A stretch of DNA of 64,000 nucleotides from Octopus bimaculoides. Its lineage: Eukaryota. The notes below the pieces were generated by a model that saw only the letters and a program-made list of their open reading frames with translations, was not told the origin of the DNA and searched no databases. Positions 37,321-48,947 of the stretch are shown here, one piece after another. Within the stretch, counting starts at the first letter, position 1. Each line of letters begins with the position of its first letter. The DNA lies in assembly GCF_001194135.2 (NCBI RefSeq), contig NC_068983.1, positions 3,295,033 to 3,359,032 on the forward strand. Direction: 5' to 3'. The position numbers and the translations under genes were made by a program.

Positions 37321-37544
37321 AAACTTAGTTCAATTTTTTAAAAATCACTTTTCACTATGTACTCACCATCACCACCTCCAGGTTTTAGGGTTCGGGTTTT
37401 AGGGTTAGAGGAAAAAGTCAAAAATGAAGAAATTAGTGTGGGGTGAGGGTGCGAAATTTCAAAATGCCGATTTTTGACAATTTTCCGGAAAAAAAAATGG
37501 GGGGGATGGGGGGACGGGAGGAAGTCTTTCTCAAGTTTCTTCTA

Positions 37545-37783
37545 TAGCTTTTTGAGTGGATTTGGTAAACGGAAACTGAAAGAAGCCCATCGTAATTGTG
37601 TGTGTGTGTTTATGTCCCCGTAACTTTCGGCAAAAGTCACCGATAGAATAAGGACCAGGTTTTACAAAAAAAAAATTAATAAATAAATGTATTGGCATCG
37701 ATTCGTTCGCTTAAAATTCATTAAGGCGATGCTCCAGCATGGCCGCAGTCTAATGACAGAAACAAGTAAAAATAAAATAAAAG
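37545..37783 (+). mobile_element. Headless SINE family A
   Basis: GAGTGGATTTGGTAAACGGAAACTGAAAGAAGCCC through CCAGCATGGCCGCAGTC tail. Confidence 0.85.
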
Positions 37784-38384
37784 CTTACGATTATGTAACA
37801 ACAGTAGCGATGTGGACAGACATCTATATTGTACTTAAAACAAAGGCACTTTAACATTTATCACCCACACACTTGAGGAGGGCGGGGTGCGTGTTGCAAG
37901 CTCTGACATTGGAGACAAATCTAATAATACTTCTACCACAGCTGTATTCCTCAATACTTTTGCTCTGGTTTCGGTGTGAAGTCATCACCTTCTTTTCCTT
38001 CTCCTCCTCTTTCTCCCCTAGCAACCATCTCGCTGTGTGCTGGCAGCAACGTTTGTAGAATGAAAAAAAGAAAAACACGTTGGGCTGTTATCGACCTAGT
38101 TTGGTTGGAACCACCTGTGGATCACATGCTGCTACTTCTCATCTCGTCAGTGAAACTTAAGTGGGACATATTTCGAGACGCATATACAACCATGGCGTAC
38201 GTATATACATATACAATATGGCGTACGTATATATATACACACGCGCACAGATATGAGCGTAATGTACACACCAACATCAGACACATATATATAATATGTA
38301 TGTATATATATATATATATGATATGTATGTATATAATATGTATGTATATATATATATATATATATATATGATATGTATGTATAT

Positions 38385-38788
38385 AGGCGTAGGAGTGGCT
38401 GTGTGGTAGGTAGCTTGCTTACCAACCACATGGTCCCGGGTTCAGTCCCACTGCGTGGCATCTTGGGCAAGTGTCTTCTACTATAGCCTCGGGCCGACNN
38501 NNNNNNNNTAGACGAAAACTGAAAGAAGCCCGTCGTATATGTGTATATATATGTGTATGTGTGTGTGTGTGTGTGTGTTTGTATGTCTGTGTTTGTCCCC
38601 CCAACATCGCTTGACAACCGATGCTGGTGTGTTTATGTCCCCGTAACTTAGTGGTTCGGCAAAAGAGACCGATAGAATAAGTACTAGGCTTCCAAAGAAT
38701 AAGTCCTGGGGTCGATTTCTTCGACTAAAGGCGGTGCTCCAGCATGGCCGCAGTCAAAAGACTGAAACAAGTAAAAGAGTAAAAGAAT
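38385..38788 (+). mobile_element. Full-length, apparently young SINE family A
   Basis: Near-consensus throughout; embedded in (TA)-rich microsatellite. Confidence 0.9.
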
Positions 38789-38982
38789 ATATATATATGA
38801 CATAATGTGATATGACAATCTGACAGTTACACAAATTTGTAAATTTTTGTATTCGTTTGATTAAGTAAATGGGTATTCTTTCGTTTTGACTCGAAAGCTA
38901 TAAACATACTGCTCGGTAATTTCTGTGAGTACGTATTGTCAACTGTTAGCTGCGTGGACAGAGAAAGCTAATGGGTTGTACA

Positions 38983-39019
<37 letters not shown>

Positions 39020-39286
39020 TAGAGAGACTGTGTATGAGCTTGCTTTTGATAATGTGCAAATCGTATATGAGTATCTGTGTTCCATAACGTGTCTATCAAA
39101 TAACATATTGTTTAGTGAGCGCACACATACTATGAAAAATGCATAGTAAATAAACAACGACAGATAATAAAAAAACAAAGACGTGTGCGTATACAAGCGC
39201 ACGGGTGACAGACACTGAGGGTCCCTACTTCTTCATCAGTTATCAACCGAATGGTAATACTCAGTTTCGCACCATTAATCATATGT

Positions 39287-39328
<42 letters not shown>

Positions 39329-39825
39329 NNNNNNNNNNNNNNNNNNNNNNNNNNNNNNNNNNNNNNNNNNNNNNNNNNNNNNNNNNNNNNNNNNNNNNNN
39401 NNNNNNNNNNNNNNNNNNNNNNNNNNNNNNNNNNNNNNNNNNNNNNNNNNNNNNNNNNNNNNNNNNNNNNNNNNNNNNNNNNNNNNNNNNNNNNNNNNNN
39501 NNNNNNNNNNNNNNNNNNNNNNNNNNNNNNNNNNNNNNNNNNNNNNNNNNNNNNNNNNNNNNNNNNNNNNNNNNNNNNNNNNNNNNNNNNNNNNNNNNNN
39601 NNNNNNNNNNNNNNNNNNNNNNNNNNNNNNNNNNNNNNNNNNNNNNNNNNNNNNNNNNNNNNNNNNNNNNNNNNNNNNNNNNNNNNNNNNNNNNNNNNNN
39701 NNNNNNNNNNNNNNNNNNNNNNNNNNNNNNNNNNNNNNNNNNNNNNNNNNNNNNNNNNNNNNNNNNNNNNNNNNNNNNCTCTCTCTCTCTCTCTCTCTCA
39801 TTACTGCAACACATTATTATTACTA

Positions 39826-40012
39826 AGGCGACGAGCTGGCAGAGTGGTTAGCACGTCGGGCGAAATGCTAAGCAGTATTTCGTTTGCCGCTACGTTCTGA
39901 GTTCAAATTCCGCCGGGGTCGATTAAACAAGTACCATTTATGCACTGAGGTCGATATAATCGGCTTACTCCCTCCCTGAAAATTTCCGGCCTTGTATATA
40001 TAATAGAAAGGA

Positions 40013-40055
<43 letters not shown>
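39826..40055 (+). mobile_element. SINE family B with (ATT)n tail
   Basis: AAGGCGACGAGCTGGCAGAGTGGTTAGCACG head; internal deletion; (ATT)n end. Confidence 0.85.
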
Positions 40056-40057
<2 letters not shown>

Positions 40058-40169
40058 CTGTGACGCTCATTCGTCGCAATTCCACGCTTCTTTCTTCTCA
40101 CGCGAATCACTAAAACTCATCCACCACTCTACTGGCTCTTATTTGCTTACACACACACACACACACACA

Positions 40170-40322
40170 CATATATGATGGGTTTCTTTCAGTTTCCGTC
40201 TACCAAATCCATTCACAAGGTTATAGTAGAAGACACTTGCCTAAGGTGCTGCAATGTGGGACTGAACCCGGAACTATGTGGTTGCGATGTGAACTTCTTA
40301 CCACACAACTTCGCCCGCGCCT
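40170..40322 (-). mobile_element. SINE family A head
   Basis: TTCTTTCAGTTTCCGTCTACCAAATCC...GGGACTGAACCCGGAAC...CTTACCACAC. Confidence 0.8.
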
Positions 40323-41016
40323 ACAAACCTCTCGTGTATAATATATACATTTGTGTGTCTGTGTGAATTAGTCACTATAAACCCAATATTGTTCTACGTG
40401 TTATCTGAGGTAATTGGAGAAGCAGTTTATTGTAGAGAATTCCCTGGAGTGTTTTTTGAAAACTCTTGCAATCTACCCCCCACTGTGCCGGCCGGCAGTA
40501 TTACCCGATTCAAGCTACCCCTATCAGACCCCACCGTCCTTATTGAACCTATACGATTACATACTATGACTAGACTGCCATTGTAGTGCTACTTCTGTTT
40601 ACTACTCCTACTACTACTACTACTACACACACCGTCACACTTATAGGCTTACATGAGAGTATACACATTAACACACACATACACGCACACACAAACGTAT
40701 ACGGGTTTACAAGGTGGTTCACACATTAACGTATGTATACATATGCCCGCACCTTTTTTTTTCTTTTTGTTCATCATCCTTTAAATATTAAGAAGGTCTT
40801 GCAGATTTTTGCAGTCCCTAATATCATGACCATTTGTGGTGCATTAATTAAGGAGCTGCATTCTCTCCCCAAGATCTCAAGTTCAGCCTGACGGGTTACT
40901 CTATGTCTCCTGTTGCTCCAATAACAGATATGAAGCTGAAAGTATATCTGGGAATTGGATTTGCAAATTCCTTATCAATGGTCCATAGACGTCGCCTTTC
41001 TCGTTTCTTATCACAG

Positions 41017-41114
41017 CATTGGTGGTATACATGTATGTGTATTGCTTTGTTCGTTATCATAAGGTCATCGTTCGATCCCATACGGCGGTACGTGGAAAAA
41101 TTCAAAATCTCCTT
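41017..41114 (+). CDS. Candidate internal exon, unidentified (ALVVYMYVYCFVRYHKVIVRSHTAVRGKIQNLL)
   Basis: Strong acceptor CCTTTCTCGTTTCTTATCACAG, donor CTT/GTGAGT and an open frame in unique sequence. A competing 108-codon minus-strand frame (40896-41219) overlaps it, and no homology is recognised. Confidence 0.2.
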
Positions 41115-41423
41115 GTGAGTGGAATTGGGAAGAGTAACTATGGAAACCCGTCTGAAGTTCAAAGGTCCCAGCAATATCCTTGTGTCATGATCCTTCTTGC
41201 CTGAATACTTCATGTATTCCTGTTCGTGGAATGCATGGAGTATTCAGAGAAGAATCCGATAGAAGGATCGATAATACAATCCATACAACGATCAGTTGAT
41301 CGAACAATTTCAATGCACATCGTCGAAACTGATCGAGGATCTATTTATGCTCTGTGTGTCTGTGTGTCTGTGCCTGTTTATCTCTTTGGTGAAGATTGCA
41401 CTATTGCGGTAATTTGTCCAACA

Positions 41424-42417
41424 CAGGGGTTCCCAACCCATTTATTTAAATGGGTTTTCCCACAGACCCCTTTTAATATGCTTATCCTGATATATTTATA
41501 TATACATATAATGTGTGTGTGTGTGTGTGTATGCATGTATGTCTGTGTATGTATGCATGTATGTGTGTGTATGTATGCATGTGTGTTTATGTATGTGTGT
41601 ATGTATGCATGTGTGTTTATGTATGTATGTATGTATGTATGTGTGTACGTATGTATATGTACGTATGTATATGTATGTATGTGTATGTATGTGTGTATGC
41701 ATGTGTGTATGCATGTGTGTATGCATGTGTGTATGCATGTGTGTATGCATATGTATGTATGTATGTATATATATGTATGNNNNNNNNNNNNNNNNNNNNN
41801 NNNNNNNNNNNNNNNNNNNNNNNNNNNNNNNNNNNNNNNNNNNNNNNNNNNNNNNNNNNNNNNNNNNNNNNNNNNNNNNNNNNNNNNNNNNNNNNNNNNN
41901 NNNNNNNNNNNNNNNNNNNNNNNNNNNNNNNNNNNNNNNNNNNNNNNNNNNNNNNNNNNNNNNNNNNNNNNNNNNNNNNNNNNNNNNNNNNNNNNNNNNN
42001 NNNNNNNNNNNNNNNNNNNNNNNNNNNNNNNNNNNNNNNNNNNNNNNNNNNNNNNNNNNNNNNNNNNNNNNNNNNNNNNNNNNNNNNNNNNNNNNNNNNN
42101 NNNNNNNNNNNNNNNNNNNNNNNNNNNNNNNNNNNNNNNNNNNNNNNNNNNNNNNNNNNNNNNNNNNNNNNNNNNNNNNNNNNNNNNNNNNNNNNNNNNN
42201 NNNNNNNNNNNNNNNNNNNNNNNNNNNNNNNNNNNNNNNNNNNNNNNNNNNNNNNNNNNNNNNNNNNNNNNNNNNNNNNNNNNNNNNNNNNNNNNNNNNN
42301 NNNNNNNNNNNNNNNNNNNNNNNNNNNNNNNNNNNNNNNNNNNNNNNNNNNNNNNNNNNNNNNNNNNNNNNNNNNNNNNNNNNNNNNNNNNNNNNNNNNN
42401 NNNNNNNNNNNNNNNNN

Positions 42418-42478
<61 letters not shown>

Positions 42479-42593
42479 AAAAATAGTTTGAATATTTTGT
42501 GTATTTTATAACCATTTATTGCGCATAGATTTTAATAACAGAATCTTATGTGGACGCTGCATGGGTGATATGGACCCCAGTTAAGAACCACTG
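41424..42593. mobile_element. hAT-type MITE inflated by an internal microsatellite and a gap
   Basis: 5' CAGGGGTTCCCAACC and 3' GGACCCCAGTTAAGAACCACTG; flanks GTCCAACA / GTCTGAAA (degenerate 8-bp TSD); same family as 45178-45397. Confidence 0.7.
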
Positions 42594-42819
42594 GTCTGAA
42601 ACGATGAAGAAACGCAACTATAATCTGGCACTGTTGCTGATGTTATTACTTCACTGACAAAAGCAGTAGATATCTGTTAATTCACAGCGTTTTACGACTG
42701 ACTGATGGTAGCTATCACAATTATGATAGAAACCCTCTCAGGCGTCACATCGTTAGTTCGACTGACAAATGTGTACCTTGATAATTATCACAGCAGTGGT
42801 TAAAGCCTTTTGTCATGTC

Positions 42820-43035
42820 ACAGCGCTAATACGATGGCTAACTTGGGCCACATGTTTTAATTGAACATTGAACATTTTTATCACCTGGGGTCTTACTAAT
42901 AAAATCAAAGAACAGCGCAGCACCCAAAACTTTTAGAAACATTGTTTTCACTCACAGAATTCTTAAAGCATGGAATTACCTGTCTGCATCAGTTGTTAGC
43001 TGTCATGACACTTCATCCTTCAAAACATCTTACGT
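42820..43035 (+). mobile_element. CR1-type LINE ORF2 C-terminal remnant
   Basis: KIKEQRSTQNF/RNIVFTHRILKAWNYLSASVVSCHDTSSFKT resembles the CR1 C-terminal R..FF..RV...WN.LP..VV....L..FK motif. Confidence 0.7.
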
Positions 43036-43068
43036 TTCTTGAAACTTGCCGCCTCTATTCCTGGTCAA

Positions 43069-44284
43069 TCAGGTTGAATAAAAAGTAAGCAACATTTTGA
43101 ACCGGATTTTTGCAGAGTCTTGAATTGTTTCTAAACTTTTTTTTTTTTTTTTTTTTTGCAATTGTCTGATAATACAGACATAGAATTACTCAGATGCATC
43201 AATAAATTAACATTGATTTTTTTTTCACCGTTGTTACAATTATCTGAAATAGAATTGTCAAAGCGCGATATTCGAGCCATTCTGCTATTCAACTGCTAAA
43301 AAAGACGTAAAGCTCGCGATATCAACAAAACGTTTGCCGAGGAAATGACCATTGAGTGGTCAGCTCGAAAATGATTTAAACGATTTCGCAGTGGAGACCT
43401 GAGCCTTGAAGATCATGAGCGTAGTGGACGCCCATCTGTCATCGATGACGGTCAATTAAAGACCGTCATTGAGAAAGATCTGCGTAAAACCACTCGAGAA
43501 CTGACAAAAGAATATTTTCCAATGAGTTACATGCAACCATTTGCATGCGATAGGAAAATTTAAAAAGCTCGACAAATGGGTACCACACGATTTGAATGAA
43601 AATCAGAAAATGCGTAGATATGAAATTTACTCGTCGCTTCTTCTCCGTAACCAGACGGATCCATTTTTCGACCGTATTGTAACTTGCAATGAAAAGTGGA
43701 TTCTGTACAATAATGAAAAGCATTCTTTGCAGTGGTCTGACCAAAATGAAGCACCGAAAACCTTCCCTAAACCTGAGCTCTTCAAAAAGAAGGTTATGGT
43801 GACTGTTTGGTGGTGTACTTCTGGACTCATCCACCATAACTTCATAAAACCCGGGAAAATTTTTACTGCAGAAACATATTGCCAAAATGAACGAAAAACT
43901 GCTACTCTTCCGTTCCAGATTGGTCAACAGAAGAGGGCCAATCATTCTTCATGACAATGCTCGATCACACGTTTCACTAATGACGCCCCAGAAGTTGAGG
44001 GAACTTGGCTACGAAGTTCTTCCCCACCCAGCTTACTCCCCAGACCGTTCTCCTACCGACTACCACTTTTCCAAGTACCTTGGTGGTTTCCTGCGAGAGA
44101 AGGGGTTCATCAGCTCCAGAACTCCAGATTTTTATGTTTCTGGAATAAACAAACTTGTGACTCGTTGGCAAAAATCTGTTGATTGTAATGGTACTTACTT
44201 TGAAGAATAAAACTTCCGCATTGTTGAAATATATCGGGATGAACTTCATGTTTCAAAACGTTGCTTAATTTTTACTCAGCCTGA
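43069..44284 (+). mobile_element. Near-full-length mariner transposon (1216 bp), inactive
   Basis: TIRs TCAGGTTGAATAAAAAGTAAGCAACATTTTGAA and the reverse-complemented right end TCAGGCTGAGTAAAAATTAAGCAACGTTTTGAA; TA on the right, AA on the left; decayed transposase inside. Confidence 0.95.
43249..44210 (+). pseudogene. Mariner (D,D34D-type) transposase pseudogene
   Basis: HTH region (RFRSGDLSLEDHERSGRPS), KWVPHDL, TCNEKW (first catalytic D changed to N), HDNAR, HPAYSPDR, PTDYHF; stops, frameshifts and deletions. Confidence 0.95.
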
Positions 44285-45177
44285 TACTTCTGTTTCCTTT
44301 CCTGTTTATGGCTCTTTTGCTGTTCACTTTTCTGTCTTTTTGTATTTTATTCTGTGTATCGAGTATTATCATAATAGCTGTATGTTGGGCAGGGCTGTTG
44401 TAGCAGCATTGCAGCCCGCACTCTACCCCGAGGAAGACTGTCTGTAATATTTATTTGTTGACAGCAAGTTGTTGCATGCATAGATTAACATTGTGACCAC
44501 CTCCTAAGACGGTGCTGATGGAGGGGAGCATGTGATACCAACTATGTTATCGTTAAACGTATATTTCTGAAAAATTTTCCAACATAATTCTTTATCACAA
44601 GACAATGGATAATTAACTTCAATATTTTAATTATTTTTACAGCAAAACATTTATCCATTATCACCATCATCATCATGTATGTATATGTGTGTGTGTATAG
44701 TGGGAATGTGTGTGTATATATGTATGTATTTGTGTGTGTGTGTGTGTGTGCATACGTATATGCGCGTGTGTGTATACATACATAGTCTAACTTCGTTGTA
44801 ATAAACTGTCCTTCTTTCGCCAGTCAACCACTAATATATTCCACAAAGCAGTTCTCTTTCATGAGGTTCCCACAAACCTTAACGCCTGACACAATAGTTA
44901 CAAAGATTAAAATTATCGCGAAAAGATATTCGTTTCTATTTTGTTTTCTTTTGCTTTTGTATTTATTTTCTTGAAAGCCATTATGTCTGCTCGGGATTCT
45001 TGAAAAGCATTTAAAAAATAAAATAAATACGTATTTTATGGGTGGGTGCTCCTAGAACAACAGCAGGAATCCAAACAATGTAGATATTCATTCTTAAAGC
45101 GTTCTGGCAAATTCGAACGTGAATATACTGATCGCTGTTGCTTTTTCGTCTTCGGAGAACACTTCTTCCCTTTATTC

Positions 45178-45397
45178 CAGTGGTTCTCAACCTTTGGTTC
45201 CTATTTTATTCTACTGGACCTCCATAATCATTTGATGCATATAAATATCCAGTTGTATTTTTAAAATTTAATATTGTTAGGAATTGTATAAAATAATTTT
45301 AATATTTTGTCTATTATAAAAATATAAACAATTTATACTTTTATAAGATCTTATGTGGACACCCGAGGGCCAGATGGAACCCGATTCAGGACAACTG
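45178..45397. mobile_element. 220-bp hAT-type MITE
   Basis: 5' CAGTGGTTCTCAACC, degenerate 3' GGAACCCGATTCAGGACAACTG; flanks CTTTATTC / CTTTAGAG; interior similar to 42480-42593. Confidence 0.7.
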
Positions 45398-45639
45398 CTT
45401 TAGAGGATATTTGTTCATAACATGATTCACGGGTGTTAGGGGGCTTTGAGATGCCATAATGTTTCGACCTTGTGTATCACACCAAGTAAAGGCCATCCTG
45501 GAATAATGAATTTAATAGAAGCTTGTTTATACAAATCAGCTGACAAATCTTTTAGATACCGCGGTATTTCGGCCATATTATGTGTCTCCCCAATTAAGGC
45601 CATTCCATCGAACTGATGAATCAGACAAGAGCACAAGTT

Positions 45640-45960
45640 CGTGTTTATAGAAATCAGCCAACGAATGTGAAATGGCAGCAACATATGATAAATGAATGTC
45701 TTTATGGAGGCCTGCCGGAAGTTAGCGAAAAGATCAAGCAAAGACGGTTACGACTATTTAGTCTCTGGAAGCTTCCAAATTACTTCTTGTCGAACCCATT
45801 TCCTAATGATGTAAGAAAAGGAAAACGCCGTCATACTTACATCGACAAATTGATTATAAACACTGGCCTGGGATGTATCCAGGATCTCGAGGTTTTAATG
45901 ATGGACCGAGAAGTGTGGCGGGTGAACTTTGTTGCTGCGGCCTGGATTGGAACCCAGCCA
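45640..45960 (+). mobile_element. RTE-type LINE C-terminal remnant
   Basis: NVKWQQHMINECLYGGLPEVSEKIKQRRLRL...KGKRRHTYIDKL...LEVLMMDREVWR matches RTE ORF C-terminal motifs. Confidence 0.8.
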
Positions 45961-46299
45961 TAAAAATAATAAACGAATTATTTGCTGATGCATACTAATA
46001 TCTGTCAGACTGATCATTTACGGAGTGCGCACACTGACAATCCAAACAATAGTGTGTCTATTACAGAAACCATTATTTTAAATTTTACTCAAAAGCTATT
46101 TCTTTCAACGTGTTGGTAAATCGCTCAGCTTTTCTTCAAATCTTGGCTTTCCTTGGTTCAATAGCATGATTATTGTGAAGACTGGCTTAACTAAAACTTA
46201 GATCATATCAACATGGTACCAGATAATCGATTAGATATCATTAGTAAAATGTAGCAGCAACATGTGGTCGATTTAGAATTGATGAAGTTGTGGTAAAGA

Positions 46300-46457
<158 letters not shown>

Positions 46458-47434
46458 AAAAAACAGATTAGATGACCAACTTAGATACCAGGGACTTTAT
46501 CTTCTCATTGAATTTTCTACATAGCGACAACGTTGACCAACATAGCAACGACAAGCTTGAATTAAATGAGATACGTCACATAGGGTGTGAGGTGCCGGGG
46601 GAGGGAAGAGAGAAACCTGTTTAGACGAAAATCCACATTGTAGCGTTTATCAACGATGAAGTGTGGCCGTTGCTGACAGTAACTCACCTGTCTGCTTTGC
46701 TAAATAGATATTTGATTAACACTGTCATTGCTAGGAATACAGGTGACGAGGACGGACGGTCGGTGCGGCGGGCAGTGATACGAGTTGAGTCTAGATAAAT
46801 AAACTTGGAAAGGTATTTATTTGAGAGATCAAAAGAAACAAAGTTAGAGAGAGAGAGCGTGTGTGTGTGTGTGTGTGAGGAGAGAGAAATGGGTCGTTTT
46901 GTTTTAAGGAAATCTTACAAAGGGTTTGCTGTCCATCTCTTTAGTTCATTTCCTTTACAAAAAAAATGTGTGCGACTATAGAATCAGGCTGTTAGTGTTT
47001 CAATGAAAATGTCATTCCCCGACCCCTTCTTTTAAGTCCTTTTGTAACTGCCTTGGCCCACCTAGCAAGTAGGGAGCGGGGCGAGTTCTATTTTGTAGTG
47101 GCAAAAAAGGTTACTTACAAGTCTTGAAATAGCAAAACCCATTTCGAGTGACATTAAACCCGCCTTTAGTTTGTCCTCTGGCTCTGTCTCTACCGTAACT
47201 ATAATGTCAAGAACTTTTCAATCAGTAAAACACACAAATGTCCTAACACTTCGGCTAAACATTTACCAATCAACTCCAATAACAAAAATGTGATGTCAGC
47301 GCCACCTACTGCCTTTTCATTCTCACATTATTTGTTTATTGACTGAACACGCCAACACTATACAACTTTCGCTCTGGGATCCAGTTCACCTGTCACTTCA
47401 TAACACACACATGCAGACACGCATTTAATAAAGC

Positions 47435-47671
47435 GTGGCGCAGGTGTGACTGTGTGGTAAGAAGTTTGCTTCCCAACCACATGGCTCAGGGTTCATTCCC
47501 ACTATCTGGCACCTTGGTCAAATCTTTTCTTCTATAGCCTCGGGCAGAACAAAGCCTTGCAAGTGGATTTGGTAGACGGAAACTGAAAGAAGCCCTTCGT
47601 GTCTATACACATATATATATGTGTGTGTGTGTGTGNNNNNNNNNNGAAAGAAGCCCTTCGTGTCTATACAC

Positions 47672-47724
<53 letters not shown>

Positions 47725-47923
47725 TATTCACCACAATTACTTGACGACCGGTGCTGGTGTGTTTACGTCCTCGTAACATTAGCCGTTCAGCAAAATTGAC
47801 CGATAGAGTAAGTACCAAGCTTAAAAAATAAAAGTGCTGGGGTCGATTCATTCGACTAAAAGTACTTCAAGGCGGTGCCCCAGTATGGCCGCAGTCTAAT
47901 GAATGAAACAAGTAAAAGATAGA
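47435..47923 (+). mobile_element. Full-length SINE family A spanning a 10-N gap
   Basis: Head to tail present; about 50 bp duplicated on both sides of the gap. Confidence 0.85.
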
Positions 47924-48035
47924 GAATATACACATGCATATTTGATTAACACCCACAAATAGAAACAGAAACCTGTACATACATAAATATAAACATACAG
48001 ATTAAACACGCATATATATACATATATACAGAGAC

Positions 48036-48179
48036 GAATCCAGGTAAAAAAAGTCACAAGTAAAAAAGTCACAGGAAAAAAGTCACAGGGATTTTGTCCG
48101 GGGTGGGGTTGTCCTTGGTGGGGGGTGTCCAGATCCCATAAATTGTGATATTTTTCCTGTGACCTTTTTACAGGTCACC
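48036..48179. mobile_element. Small MITE-like element with tandem AAAAAAGTCACAGG subterminal repeats
   Basis: Three left units (GTAAAAAAAGTCACAA/G); inverted units on the right (TTTTTCCTGTGACCTTTTTACAGGTCACC); G-rich GGGATTTTGTCC core. Confidence 0.6.
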
Positions 48180-48647
48180 ACAGAGACAAACATACTCATA
48201 TAAACACACATTCGCGCATACAATTCTTAAAAACGGTTTGTACAAATTCTATGGTAGAACATTTGTTCGAAATGAAAGGAAAGGTGAGTTCTTGGGTTTC
48301 AGAAAGGGAGGAACCTTCTTCAAAGAGTCGCCCTATTTAAGCCGTCTGAATTCATTCTTTCTCATAACATACAATCTTATCTTATCTTCGCGATTTGAAT
48401 CAGAAAACCTTGAAACCATTTTCTTTCATTGTTTCTCAGCTAGTTTCAGTGGAGAGTGAGCGCTTTCTCTGGCAGTTTAGAATATAACGGGCGTGCGTAC
48501 ATGCGTACATGCATACGTACACACATACATACACACACACACACACACATACATACATACACACACATACATACATACGTACATACGTACATACGTACAC
48601 ACACACACATACATACATACATGTTTGTCTGTGTGCTTGCGTGTGTG

Positions 48648-48908
48648 AAGGCGCGTGGCCTAGTGTTTAAGGTGCTGCACTTGTGATCTGGCATCGTTAG
48701 TTCGATTCCCGGACCGGGCGGCTCGTTGTGTTCTTGAGCAAAACCCTTCATTTCCCGTTGCTCCAGTCCACTCAGCTGTAAATAGACTTTGCCTTTCATG
48801 CTTCCGAGGTCGATAAATTAAGTACCAGTTGTGTACTGGGATCGATCTAATCGACTGGCCCTCTCCCCAAAAAAACATTTCGGGCCTTGTGCCTAGAGTA
48901 GAAAAAGA

Positions 48909-48945
<37 letters not shown>
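48648..48945 (+). mobile_element. Chimeric SINE: family C head fused to a family B 3' half with (ATT)n tail
   Basis: C head to ...CCACTCAGCTGTAAATA (about 48785), then directly GACTTTGCCTTTCAT...GGTCGATAAATTAAGTACC...GGCCTTGTGCCTAGAGTAGAAAA. Confidence 0.8.

Positions 48946-48947
<2 letters not shown>

Noticed and set aside
37382-37408. Interstitial telomere
   Set aside because: Only 2-3 degenerate TTAGGG-like units
38031-38206. Plus-strand exon ATISLCAGSNVCRMKKRKTRWAVIDLVWLEPPVDHMLLLLISSVKLKWDIFRDAYTTM with a vague TRPV pre-S1 resemblance
   Set aside because: Motif spacing does not fit, the pyrimidine tract is a simple repeat, and no other TRP-like exons were found
47585-47700. Duplicated ~50 bp inside a SINE
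   Set aside because: Flanks a 10-N gap; assembly artefact
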